From the NCBI RefSeq assembly GCF_001447785.1, contig NW_015169320.1:1-60749 (forward strand): 60,749 nucleotides of DNA, written 5' to 3'. The number at the start of each line of letters is the position of its first letter. Position 1 is the stretch's first letter. The position numbers and the translations under genes were made by a program. This stretch comes from Gekko japonicus (lineage: Eukaryota). Below are positions 48,351-60,749 of this stretch, piece by piece. The notes beneath the pieces are model-generated. The model saw only the letters and a program-made list of their open reading frames with translations, did no database searches and was not told the origin of the DNA.

Positions 48351-51300
48351 TTTCCTTTCTAAGGGTCCCTGTCTGCCTTGGCCCTCAGGTTTCCTCACAT
48401 GGCTCTTCTTTACTGTCCTGCTCTCATTCTCATTCTCAAGCTCTAGCCTCCTCCCACCAATAGTTTTGCAAGAATTTAACACACACACCATTTCTTTGGG
48501 ATGATGATCAAGTCGATCAAAGCAAAGGGAAGATCAGAAACGCAACTGACAATAGGTGATTCTTTGCACGACCCTTCCTTTCCATCCCCCCTCCCCTCCT
48601 TTCTCTCTTTGGCTGTAATTTTATAAAGAATATCAACCGTTGTTTGCGGAAAATCACACCTTTTTCTAGAAAGAGGCACTATTCACACCCATACCTTTGT
48701 GGTTCCTACCTCAGCCTCCTTTGCCCTGGTAATAATTCCTGTTTTCTGTTCCTCGAGTTGAAGCATTGATCCCTCCAGCAGAAACATCTCCTGTGCTGTG
48801 ATCCTGCTGGCTAGTTCCATCCAGGGCACAGAACCAATCTGCAGCAAAGCTAGTCTTCCAGTGTTCAGTGGCAAACGAAAGATGCTCAGAATGGCTAAAG
48901 CATCTGCAGGTAAGGTGTGGCTTATACTCCACACAGTGCATGCAGCTGTTGCTGAAGGAAGCACCACTGTATGTGAAAAAATAGCCTTTGTATGAGAAGG
49001 AAGACAGCTTTGGAATACAATAATTGTCTATGTATGTTTACTAAGTTTGCTTCCACACATTATTAGGCATCAGACCATTGCTGCATTAGAGCAGTCATTC
49101 GTGACTGGATCATCTGGTTAGCACGTGAAAATTGAGTGGTGAATTATTGTTATAGTGCAATATCCAATGAGGTGTGGATGGACCTTATGAGTCTTTACTA
49201 ACAGATGGAATGTCTTAGACCAGACTTAGACCTGTACGGTCTTCTTTGTTTCCCTAGAAACTATGTGATCTGTTCTTCAGAGAAGGCACCCTAGGAAACC
49301 TTCCTCTGACTTCCTCATCTTAACTCCTTCTGCTTGGCTCCGGAGCAAACTAATTTATGCAGCAGCCAAATTGCTCACTCACAGCTTCAGGGTCAGTAGC
49401 TCACAAAATAGAATTTTTGCTCACAAGACTCCACAGCTTAGAGGGAGCATTGGTAGTCATCCACATTCCTGTGCCTCTGTGGCACAAGGAAAAGTGCTCT
49501 CTAACCGGTTCAGGGCGTGATGACCCAGGGTTGGAATCTGAGGAGTGTGTCTCTTACCCTGGGCTCAGATGTAGTCTTATTAGAGGACAGAGAAGAGACT
49601 TCATTGACTTTGGGAAAGTCAGATTGTGAATTGCATATTGTGCTCAAATCTGGTGTCTAAAAGGTTTGCAAGCTTTTTTTTTTACGTCTCTTGTATACAA
49701 GATAAAGAAGACCCTTGAGAACTTGTCTGTGGAGGGTAGTTCTTCGTATCAAAACAGAATCTCTCCTCAGAGATTAATTTCCCCCACTGAAGAATAAACA
49801 GTTAACAAGGCCTTTTTGTTTTCATATGTATTGATGCCTCCAAGTGGGACAGGTGGAACCCTTGGGTTTTTGCTCTAGAATTGAGGTTGTATCCAACTGG
49901 CTTTTCTGCTGATGAAGAAAGGAGGAAGAGACCCCTGTAGCCACCCAAAATGGCTACACTAAGGATCATGAGACCAGCATGATGGATCAAAGCCATAGGG
50001 GATGAGGTCTGTGATAAGGAGGTGAACTGGGCAAAAAGGACTGGAAAAGCCAGTGAAATCCATCTCTTAGGGCAGCTGTGCTGGACTTTCTGCCCACGTT
50101 TCCACCAAAGCTCCCAAACCTTTTTGGGCCTAGGCCTCGTCACACATCTCTGGCATCTGACCTGCCCACAAGCCAGTAGTCCGAATGAAAACGAATGGCT
50201 CAGTTCCAAGACTCCTCTCAGACACTGATTAAAATCTCCTGGTGGATCTGCCAGAGACAGACAGGCAAGAAAGGACTGCAGATCCAATAATCAGTAAAGT
50301 ATGATGTGGTGTTTCTGTCAGACTCAGGTATGGTTCATGTCCCTGCTCTGTGATGAAGCCCACTGGGTGACTTCAGGCAATAACTCTCCCTCAGCCTAAC
50401 CTACCTCATAAGATTGTTGTGGGGATAAAATGAAGGGGTTGGCCATGTGTGCCACTAGAGTCACCAGCCTCTATGTTGGGCCTAGCAATCGCCTGCAATT
50501 ACAACGGATCTCCATTGGATCCCCTGAAGAAAATGGCTGCTTTGGACTCTAGGCTATTATACCCTGCTGAAGTCCTTCCCCTCCCCAGGCTCTACCTCCA
50601 AATCTCCAGGAATATCCCAACCCAGAGTTGGCAACCCTATGTGTCATCCTTACTTCCTTAGAGGAAATGCTGGATAAAAACCTACCAAACAAATTAATTT
50701 CTTCCTAAACAGTCATTTGGACTCTCTACATAAGAACATAAGAGAAGCCAATGTTGGATCAGGCCAATGGCCCATCTAGTCCAACACTCTGTCATGCAGT
50801 GGCCTAAAATACCAGGTGCCATCAGGAGGTCCAGCAGTGGGGCCAGGACACCAGAAGCCCTCCCACTGTTCCCCCCTCCAAGAATACAGTGCATCCCTGC
50901 GCCCAGCCTGAGAGTTCCTATCTATACCTTGTGGCTAATAGCCACTGATGGTCCTGTTTTTTGTTGTTGTTCAGTCGCACAGTTGAGTCCGACTCTTCGC
51001 GACCCCATGGACAAGATCTCGCCAGGCCCTCCTGTTTTCCACCGTCCTCTGACGTTTGCTCAACTCCATATCTAATTCCCTCTTGAAGCCATCCATGGTT
51101 GTAGCCACCACCACCTCCTGTGGCAATGAATTCCATGTGTTAATCACTCTTTGGGTGAAGAGTTCTATCTTGCCCTTTCTCCAAGGGGCCCATGTTGGCA
51201 TACAAGAATCTCTCCTCCTTTAATTTAGCTAGGGTTGCCAGACCCCCCCCCCGTCCGGGTGGGTTTCCCCCAGATTTTGGGGGCTTCAGCCCACCACCAG

Positions 51301-51862
51301 CCAGCTGGTGATGAGCAGACTTTTTTAAAAAAAAAACCAAAAAAAAAAAAAAACCAACGCCCATCCAAATATTACCCCATTGCATATTTTTCTTAATAAT
51401 GTGGCTTCTTAAACTTGACATAACTCAGGGCCTCAGCATTTCTTGATTTGTTCCTGAGTGAGAGTCTGAAACAGAGAGCATGTCTTCAAACTTCCATGTG
51501 CTCAATGCAGGGCTGCTGCAGCTTTTGTAGGAAACATATCCGACAATTGAACTTTGAACTGACCATGTTTGAAGGAGGTGATCAGACGTAAGTTCATCAC
51601 CCAGTCTGTTTGGTTCATGCTGAGCAACTGAGAATGCCTGCCAAACTGCCTTGTATTTCCCCAAATCAAATAAGTGGTCACACGCTAGAACAAATGAGTA
51701 GAAAGGAGGAGTGTTACACAAATCACAAACCAAAGGAACTCCTAGAGTATTTCTTTTTATTTATTTATTTAAAACATACATATGCTGCCTTTCCAGCCAA
51801 ATATGGTCACTGATTTGTCACATTATCTTTGTTCCACAGGAAAAAGGCTTGGGATAACTTGA

Positions 51863-52758
51863 TTATTTAATGTTTTCTTGTTCTCTTTTGTTCAGCTCAG
51901 GCCTCAGAACAATCACGTAGCATTTGGGGAAAAAGATAAAACACAGTAACCCAGCACTGGAGGCCAAGATCGAGAAAATCTCCACGGCTACCATATAGTT
52001 CCCTTTGGTGCTCAGGTACGTTGGAACAAAACACAACCAAACACTGCAAAACATCATCATGCTGAAGGTGATGAATTTGGCTTCATTAAAACTGTCTGGC
52101 AACTTTCGGGCAAAGAAAGCTACAGTGAAGCTTATGGAAGACAGAAGTCCTATGTAGCCCAAAACAATATAAAACATAACCACAGACCCTTCATTGCATT
52201 CTATTATGATCTCATCTGTCATTGACTCGGTGTTCAAATCTGGGAATGGGGGAACGGTTCCTAACCACACTGTACAGATACACATTTGGATAATGGAGCA
52301 GGAAAGGACAATGGAGGTGGTCATTCTTTTTCCTACCCACTTCCTCAAGCTGGACCCTGGTTTGGTGGCCATGAAAGCTACAACCACATTGATGGTTTTG
52401 GCCAACACACAAGAAACTGCTACGGTGAAGATGATACCAAAGGCAGATTGTCGGAGAAGGCAGGTCAAGGTGCTTGGTCTTCCAAGGAAGAGGAAAGGAC
52501 AGAGGAAGCAAAGCAGGAGAGAAATGAGGAGAGCATAGGTGACATCTTTGTTGTTGGCTTTGACAATGGGAGTATCTTTGTGCTTAATATAAATTCTTAG
52601 TATCAGGAGTGTGATCGTGAAGAAAGAAATGGCAGCTAAAGCTAAACAGATCCCCTTTGGTTCTTCATAGGAGAGAAAGTTTATCTTCTTGGGAATACAT
52701 CGATCTTGGTCTATGCTTGGATATTGATCTTCGGGACATCTAGAACAGACATCTGAGT
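51863..52758 (-). CDS. V2R exon 6 (7TM_3 domain), 896 nt
   Basis: TTTTCAG acceptor; [38 protein letters not shown]. The six exons sum to 2604 nt = 867 aa plus stop. Confidence 0.95.
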
Positions 52759-53104
52759 CTGAAAACAGGAAGAGTGGCCATCTCAGTTTAAGTTCACTTG
52801 AAGCTAAAGGCTGTTTCATCTTACTCCCTTCAATATGTGAGATATTATTCACACTGAATTCCAGCAAATGGTTATGTGCTGGGGCAGGGGGGTCCCCATT
52901 GTGGTATCAATCAATGTCACGGCACCCACTGTGAACTTTTCGGGCATCAGCATGGCTTGGTGGGGCTTTTGCCCAGCAGGTCTTCTCATTGGCTACTGGA
53001 AATCTGATTGGCTCAGCATATTTAAAAAAAACACTTTTGGAACAGTTGAAACCTCAGCACATTTTTCTTCGGTCTGTGATTTACATTTTTTAAATGCAGT
53101 GTAT

Positions 53105-53510
53105 TCAATGGAACGAGCTCCCGGGGGAGATCCGGGCCCTGCGGGACCTTATGCAGTTCTGCAGGGCCTGCAAGACGGAGCTCTTCCGCCAGGCCTTAGA
53201 GTAGGAGCCGCTGCCCCACTATACCACCACCGTCATGGTATCTTAAGGATGCATGGACGAGGCCCTGATGAAGATCCTGGAATATGTAAAGAAGATCTGA
53301 TAAGCTGTCGCCATTCATGGGAGTACCACCTGGAACTGTGTTGATTCCATCTTGGATTATGATAACAGTGACTGAGCACCGTTGTTGTTTTTAAGTGTTA
53401 GTTGTTTTTATTATGTTTTGGATGTTTATTTATGGCACGGCTGATTACCTTGCCCTTGTGAGCCGCCCTGAGGCGGGATACAAATGTGAAGAATAAATAA
53501 ATAAATAAGT
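53105..53510 (+). mobile_element. L2-like LINE 3' end in V2R intron 5
   Basis: TGGAACGAGCTCCC (WNELP-like), GTGAGCCGCCCTGAG and (TAAA)n tail. Confidence 0.6.
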
Positions 53511-54028
53511 TAAAAGGCATCCTCTTAAACAGAGCTCCTCCTTGAACTGTTGAAGAGCTATCATAAGAGTTCTGCATTGCCTCACTCCCTGATATTTTGC
53601 ACTTGGTTCCACCTCCTGCGGCGACCATTTTTGTGCTTCCCTCCGCCCTATCTGGTCGCCATTTTTCAGTGGTTACCACCATCCTGTTCAGAATTCCAAT
53701 AGTAACTGCAGGCTCAAAAACTTGGGGATCCCTGTCCTGAGGAGTATCTCCTAAAGGGCATTTTCCTGTTATCTAATTGTTTGTGAGAGCCCGGTAATTT
53801 CCCCCAGATGTGTTGATTGAGATCATTTTAATTGGGGACGTCAGTGACTGAACTGGGGCATCCTTCATGCATAGCAAGTGTTCTACCAACCTCCCCCCCA
53901 AAAGTGTTTTACCAACCTTCCCCAAATGGTTACATGGACCTCAGTGCCATCTCTTTTGTTTTTAATCCCAGGGGACATGTGTATTTATGTGTGCTTGCAC
54001 AACTCTCGGGGAAGTCACAGTCACCTAC

Positions 54029-54155
54029 CCTTCTGGACTGAAACCTTCCCTTCCGGGCAAGGAGCACATTCATAGCAGCAAAACTGCTCCCCTTCTTTCT
54101 TTCTTTTTTGATAACCGGGCTGACAGGCATCACTACATCTCGAAACAGGCAGTGT
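54029..54155 (-). CDS. V2R exon 5 (cysteine-rich NCD3G domain), 127 nt
   Basis: Not in the ORF track. Manual translation TLPVSRCSDACQPGYQKRKKEGEQFCCYECAPCPEGKVSVQK; donor G|GTAGGT (phase 1). Confidence 0.9.
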
Positions 54156-55296
54156 CTATCCAAGAAGACAGAACTTTAGAATGTAATATATGTTAATAGC
54201 AACTAACAGACATTAATCACAAAAAAACTTTGTTACATGGAGGAAAAAACCAGATTATCAATGAGATAGGGAAAAAAAGCCTTGCTTTGATTTCCAGTAA
54301 TAATTAAAATGACTTTTTTGGTCATCAAATCACACTGCCTGCCTCTGCATAGCAACCCTGGGATTCCTCTGTGGTCTCCTATCAAGATATTAGCCAGGGC
54401 CGACCCTGCTTAGCTTCTGAGATTGAATAAGATTGGGCTTTCAGGGAAGGGCTAAAATGGCATTCTCTTATAAAATGCTTAGTTCCCCCCTCCCGCTTCT
54501 TTCACCCAGACATACCAGGAAGTTTTGTTCAACTTTGCAAAGTTCCCGAGATTTACGGTGTAATCTTAAATAGAGTCAAACCTTCTAGACCCATTTTAAG
54601 ACAACGGACTTTAAAAAGAAGTCATTTTGCTTCGGATCACTCTATTAGAATCAAGTCCTGTAGCTTAGATATTTGCCCCAGCATCCCCCAAATGAAGACA
54701 GGAGACACCAACTGGTTTATTTATTTAACAGCATTCAACTTATTGTAAATAGATGATCTATATCACTGCTTATTTCAATAACCTGTTGGTTTTGAGGTTG
54801 GGCCGCAAATAGACAGTAGGGTAAAAGGGCTGGCTGCCCTCTCCAATTGGCTGCTTTGTTTTCCAGTGCAGCCTCATGTTTCATTTGAATTAAACAGGGG
54901 CAATGGCAAATCCATTCACCGCATAATTCACAGCGAATCTCACTTCGTCAGATTTCGGGAATTCTATCCCCAGCATCATAGCAGCTGCTATCACATGAAA
55001 CAAAACTTGTGTTTTCCCCTTCACTATGAATCTTCAGAATGATCAGTACCTGTGTTTTAAGATCTATTAACAAAACCATTCTTGATATCTCATTAATCAC
55101 TGTGTTGATAGGAGTGGAGACAATTGTCACCTTAGTTTTATGCATCTGTTTAGGAATTGACGGCACTGAGTTCATTACCCGGATTGATCAGCCATAACAG
55201 CGTCCAGTTATAATGCAAAGGATGTTACTGTCATTCCCAACCTGATAACCAACTTATAGAATGAAGCTGCCCTCTGAAATACTTTAGAATCCACAC

Positions 55297-55524
55297 CTGG
55301 TTAAAGCCCCGGTGCCACACAAGTAAATCCTCCTCAAGGGTGACTTCTTTACTTTCGGGAGCTTTGGGATCCACCCTTCCAACTTTCATTCTAATGATGG
55401 AGTTGTTTGGAAAGGTGATCATGTTCAGGAGGTCAAAGCCAGCTCCCATTTCCCTGTTCTCATCAAAAGACATCGTTTCTCCAGCTGAGTTGTTAAATGA
55501 CATTCCTTGAAGAAACTGGTGCAG
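55297..55524 (-). CDS. V2R exon 4, 228 nt
   Basis: LHQFLQGMSFNNSAGETMSFDEN...WHRGFNQ; AG and GT boundaries, phase 0/0. Confidence 0.9.
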
Positions 55525-56220
55525 CTAATTGAAAAAAACACAAGAAATGTCAAGGCACTAACATCTTTGATTCTTCATAGTGAGAATTACAACACCTTTC
55601 TTGCTAATGCTGATACACTTCCATCCAGCTCCAGCTAGACCCATCCTGAAAATGAAGTAACAGAAGATATCTTACTGTTGACCTATTATACATTCAAATA
55701 TTTTCAAATTCCAAACATAACAGAATATGTGAACCCCCCAAAATTGGTCATTGAATAATGTGAAGAACCAGTTTATTCATGGAAGAGATATTTCAACATT
55801 GTACAAATCCTATCANNNNNNNNNNNNNNNNNNNNNNNNNNNNNNNNNNNNNNNNNNNNNNNNNNNNNNNNNNNNNNNNNNNNNNNNNNNNNNNNNNNNN
55901 NNNNNNNNNNNNNNNNNNNNNNNNNNNNNNNNNNNNNNNNNNNNNNNNNNNNNNNNNNNNNNNNNNNNNNNNNNNNNNNNNCTTGCCTGCCTGTTTTCCT
56001 TCTCTTGAAAAACTCAGGTTTCTAGATGAGTAACAATAATATAAAATGCAATAAAACTTTTTCTGAACACAGATTAAAAAAACAGAGAAACACCGAGACA
56101 ATAAAGATAAAATGCATTAAAACTACATAAATGTACCATTCAAAATACACTGGTCAAATTACATCGCCAGCTAGCAAGACATGCCTCCTTTTGCCCAGAT
56201 GCACATTGTGTACATGTTAC

Positions 56221-57075
56221 CTGCCAAGGCTGGACATCATGAAATTCAGTATTCCTGCCTCTCAAGACTGACTGATCATTGGATCGGGAGGAGTACATGG
56301 TGTGCAAAGCATGGGCAACGGCATAGACTGCATTGTAGATGACATAGCTGTGACCAGTCATGTGCATTTCGAAAACAGCACCAGGGAGACTGTCCAGTCT
56401 CTCCTTTCCCGTACATTTAGTGATAGTCCCTAGAAAACTTGAAAGCACACATTCAAAGGCTTGCTCCCAAAAGTCTTTGAAAAACCCATCTTCTAAGGTT
56501 CTGAAAGGTTTTATCACCTGAAGAAATTTCTCAAACCCTGGATGCTCCCGTGAATGAATTGCCAAGAAAATGGTGCCATGGAAAACGGTTAGATCTAAAT
56601 CCCTCTCAAGTGTTGATACAGCAAAATCAACCTGACTTGTTGTAATCCACACCTTTCCAACAGATTCAAATTCCTTATGATTAACATTTAACGAACATAT
56701 TATAGTAATAAGGAATGCAATGGTCTGAGAATCTCCATAGACAACATATATACTGGCATTGCTCAATAGATAGATCTTTGAAATCTTTGAGAGCATGTTA
56801 TTTATTTCAGTCCAGTCACTGAGACGTTTTCTGTGTGGCATTTGTTGTGTGAAGGCCAGACAGATTCCATGCTGGGAAAGCAACAGTTCCAGGGCCTTTA
56901 AGAAATGTTCTCCACTGTCATCATCCACCACAAAGAGTCCAACCCATGTCCATCCAAAATGCTTGAGTAACCAGATAATACCCATGTACTGATGGGTTTC
57001 CTCAGGTGCCATGTGGTAAGAAAATGGAAACTGCACTGATTTTCTCTGTTCTGGAGCAAATGACCCATATGGGAA
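56221..57075 (-). CDS. V2R exon 3, 855 nt
   Basis: TTTTAG acceptor; LLKHFGWTWVGL, FWEQAFEC, IYNAVYAVAHALH; ends VQPWQ|GTAACA. Confidence 0.92.
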
Positions 57076-57829
57076 CTAAAAGAAACATACAGAATATTAG
57101 AGTTGGATTAGAAGAAGTGTCCATATCTGTATTCTGGCCTCTCTTCGAGGGCTGTTTGTCAGTCTGAAATCCAGATTGTAATCAGCAGAGCTGGCATGGC
57201 GGGTATTCTATAAATTGAAATTTTGGAATACCATGACATTTCTGAGGAACATGTACAGGGAAGTATCTGATCCTGACTTCTCTTTCTTGTCCCTACTGTC
57301 TAAATGGAAGAATTGTGTACATTCTATATTATACATTAAAGGTAAAGGTTCAGGTTCCCTTGCTCGAAAGCCAGTTGAATCCAACTCTAGGGTTGCGGTG
57401 CTCATCTCCGTTTCAAAGCCAAAGAGCCAGCGCTGTCCGAAGACGTTTCTGTGGTCATGTGGCCGGCATGACTAAACACCAAGGTGCACAGAACGCTGTT
57501 ATCTTCCCACCGAAGTGGTACCTATTTATCTACTTGCAATTTCTTGCTTTCGAACTGCTAGGTTGGCAGGAGCTGGAACTAGAGACGGGAGCTCACTCCA
57601 TCATGCGGCACCCGGGTCTCGAACTGCTGAACTACTGACCTTCCACAGCCTGCAGTTCAGCGTCTTAACCACTTGAGCCACCGCAGCTCCATATATTATA
57701 CATTGCATAAATGTAAAACATCTAATCACACATCATCATGCTTCTGAACCACAAAACTAGTCTGAGAAGGCAGTGAAAAAAGAGAATAATGCATACAGCA
57801 GCTGAAAATCCATCCAATTCAGGTCCTAC

Positions 57830-58121
57830 CTGTGGAATTTTGTAGAGACCTAAGATGCCTGAAATACAGTTGGAGATATCAGAGCCATGTCCTCCAATCA
57901 CAATCATTAGTTTCTTTGAGGCTGAACACTTGTAGTTAGGAGCTAATCTGTGTGATCTGAAGAGCAGGTCCAGAATGCTACGATATGTCAACCTTTCATA
58001 ATAGTAGCTGTCATAGATGTGGAATCCAAGGGTGACGTTTGGCAAAATCTTAGGATTCTCATTAATCTCATTTACAGCAAACGCCAAGGCAAGACTGTGC
58101 TGGTAGAACTTTGTCACCATT
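57830..58121 (-). CDS. V2R exon 2, 292 nt
   Basis: TTGCAG acceptor; ALAFAVNEINENPKILPNVTLGFHIYDS...LGLYKIPQ; donor CAG|GTAGGA. Confidence 0.92.
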
Positions 58122-58351
58122 CTGCAATTAGAATTCCATATGCTTTCAGAAACATATTTATTTATTTATTAGTTGAATTTATACCCCCACCCTCCCCGCC
58201 GAGGCAGCCTCAGGGTGGCTTACAAGGATATAATACACAGTTCTGGTCCTTTGGGGCTCTCATTATTTCATTTCCCTGTCAGTAAGATCAACCTTTTATT
58301 TGTACCTCATGTCTCAGAAGTCATGTAACTCCCCCTTAAACAGAATTAAAA

Positions 58352-58600
58352 TTTAGAGTCCGGTGGCACCTTTAAGACCAACAAAGTTTTATTCAAGGTG
58401 TGAGCTTTCATGTGCATGCAAACTTCCTCAGACAATGAAATGGAATTACAGATCATAGTTGTATATATAGAGGGTGGCTTGTTAAATTAGCATGCGGAAT
58501 AGTGAAGATGTTTTTTAACTGATAAAAAGCATGACAAGCTTGGTTTCTGGTTATCATCCGTTTGGGTTCAACTGGGGGGGGGAACAACATAGGCAATAAA
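58352..58600 (-). mobile_element. Penelope-like element fragment with a minimal hammerhead motif in V2R intron 1
   Basis: Reverse complement of 58398-58435 reads TTGT-CTGAGGA-AGTTTGCATGCACAT-GAAA-GCTC-ACAC; homologous to 40085-40190. Confidence 0.65.
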
Positions 58601-59026
58601 TATGTCAGAACTGGAGACTGAAGAGGAGGAGGAGGAGGAGGAGATTGGATTTATACCCCGCCCTTCACTTGGAGTCTCAGAGCGGCTTACAAACTCCTTT
58701 CCCTTCCCCTCCCCACAACAGACACCCTGTGAGGTGGGTGGGGCTGAGAGAGCTCTTGACAGAAATGGCTCTTTTTCAAGGACAGCTGTGCCAGAGCTTG
58801 TGACTGACCCAAGGTCACATCAGCAGGTGCAAGTGGAGGAGTGGGGAATCAAACCCAGTTCTCCCAGATTAGAGTCTTCACACTTAACCACTACACCAAA
58901 CTGTGTAGTGGTGAAACCAATTCTATGTCATTCTTAAGAAGCCTTGGTGAGAATTCTTAATTCTCTGTCAATTCTTAGGAAGCCTTGGCGACTGATTTCC
59001 ACGGCTGATCACAAAAGCTTACTTAC

Positions 59027-59232
59027 TTTGTAGAAGGAATGTGTTTTGGTGTGTTCTGGAAAGAATACTTGGAAGCGTAAAAAATCATCTGAGAGATAAT
59101 CCCACCAGTTAGGAGATCCCCTGACTGATACCACTCGTGTGGGACAAGGATAGTGCCACTCTCAGGGCAGTGAATGAAATCTTTGCACACCACGGGAGTA
59201 AAGAGAAGTGGCAACACCAGTAGCACCAGCAT
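59027..59232 (-). CDS. Vomeronasal type-2 receptor (class C GPCR), exon 1, 206 nt
   Basis: Signal peptide MLVLLVLPLLFTPVVCK, HEWYQSGDLLTGGIIS motif, donor AA|GTAAGT (phase 2). Confidence 0.85.
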
Positions 59233-60315
59233 CCTGGCTGCAAAGCTTCTGTCTAGATGCAGACTCTTCCTGAGCCTGTCATCAAGTTGCTGTGTATGGT
59301 GACTGACTGACAAGACCCTGACAGAAGGGGAAAGGGTCACCATGAATTTAGAAATGAGTGGCTTGAAAGGCATCCCGCAGAGGGACATCAGAGATGACCA
59401 ATACGTGACTTGAAGGCAGCCAGATAGAATGGGAAGTAACGTCACAGAGATCACACCACCAATCACAAAGCACATCCAGCTTTGAAGGGCAGAGGGGTTG
59501 ACTTTTTATAACCACCAAAAGACTTGCCCAAGACTGTTCTCTGGCTCATCCTAGGAGTCAGAGTAGCTTGCTGATGAAAAATAAATCGTGATAATTACAG
59601 GGAAGAGCAAACCTCGCTGGGGGATTTAATTGGCACCAATGGTAAAAGACTGGTGTTTCAGATCTGCCTCCAAGTCTTCCTGTCTCACTACTCAGTGGTA
59701 AACAAAGGAAAGCAGGCTTCGGGTTTCTTTCTGAGCAAGTCACCACAGAAAAACTAAGCCCAAAGATGAAGCCTGAGAGGAAATACAGTACAATTTATTT
59801 ATGTATTTTTGTTGTGGTTTTAAATCTTAAGCCACCTTGAGCGGGGCTCCTAAGACGCAGCATAAAAATATTCTAAATAAATAAATAATAACGACAAGGC
59901 CCACTGCTGATATGGGCAGCAGGAAGCGCCAGTGGTCCCCTTTGGAGTAGCCAGTACTGAGCTAGATACACAATCTCAATCAGTACCTTCAGATTTAGAG
60001 GGTAATTTGTTCCCCTCTGTATTTATTTATTTACATTGTTAAGAGTCTACACGCAGGCCCATAGCCAGGATTTTTTTGGGGGGGAGGTATTTAAATTTTT
60101 AAGGAGGCAGTTGATTAAATTAAAGTTAATTAAACTACCTCGGTCAGTGGCTTGGGGTAGTGTCCCACGGTGGTAGTGGCACTGGGGCACTGAAGTAGAG
60201 GCTGGCGGTAGGTGAAGCAGACGAGGAGGAGGTAGTGGTGGATGTCATTGATGCTGTGTGTGGGTGGCCCACTGTGACCATCCAATTGTGGGAGATTTCT
60301 GACTTCTGAGCAGTC

Positions 60316-60578
60316 ACCACAGCACACCTCCGCCAGCTTTCCCCTCCCACCACCCCACCTCATCTCCCAGGTGCCCTCTGGAGGTCTCAACTAGTCCAAC
60401 TTTCCAATGTGCATATTGAGGTGGCAACATCTCTCTCAAGGATCCACCCAGCTCTTAACTCATAGCAGCACCCACCACACACCTCCGCCAGCTTTCCCCT
60501 CCCACCACCCCACCTCATCTCCCAGGTGCCCTCTGGAGGTCTCAACTAGTCCAACTTTCCAATGTGCATATTGAGGTG
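60316..60578. repeat. Tandem duplication (about 155-bp unit) abutting a gap
   Basis: CACACCTCCGCCAGCTTTCCCC...GCATATTGAGGTG occurs twice. Confidence 0.8.
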
Positions 60579-60749
60579 NNNNNNNNNNNNNNNNNNNNNN
60601 NNNNNNNNNNNNNNNNNNNNNNNNNNNNNNNNNNNNNNNNNNNNNNNNNNNNNNNNNNNNNNNNNNNNNNNNNNNNNNNNNNNNNNNNNNNNNNNNNNNN
60701 NNNNNNNNNNNNNNNNNNATAGATATAGATTTAGATAGATAGATAGATA

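Noticed and set aside
52759-52867. Single-exon 334-aa GPCR starting at 52867
   Set aside because: The first 36 codons are intronic; the domain is exon 6 of the V2R.
54948-55175. SCYD-containing ORF as V2R exon 5
   Set aside because: The cysteine spacing is wrong; the true exon with CCYECAPC and correct phases is 54029-54155.

Overview
Vertebrate genomic DNA from a squamate reptile, probably a gecko (inferred from Sauria, 5S-Sauria and Squam3-like SINEs, BovB and CR1). It is a draft assembly with six N gaps. The window holds a chemoreceptor locus. There are seven family-11-like olfactory receptor (OR) genes: four intact, one apparently intact but spanning an N gap, one 5'-deleted duplicate and one frameshifted pseudogene. 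About 5 kb further on lies a complete six-exon vomeronasal type-2 receptor (V2R) gene that I reconstructed by hand (867 aa, splice phases consistent). The rest is dense transposon debris: solo LTRs with clean TSDs, hAT- and Harbinger-like MITEs, and two triple-nested insertions. Most notable: (i) a duplicated promoter/5' exon module upstream of four ORs, spliced to an acceptor AG that abuts the ATG and carrying a conserved out-of-frame uATG; (ii) an OR subfamily lacking the canonical LHTPMY and KAFSTC motifs; (iii) minimal hammerhead-ribozyme motifs from Penelope-like elements, one on the sense strand of V2R intron 1; (iv) a 578-bp identical tract between otherwise diverged OR paralogues. I cannot support a wholly new biological system from sequence alone. 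All comparisons were made by eye; no database search was run.
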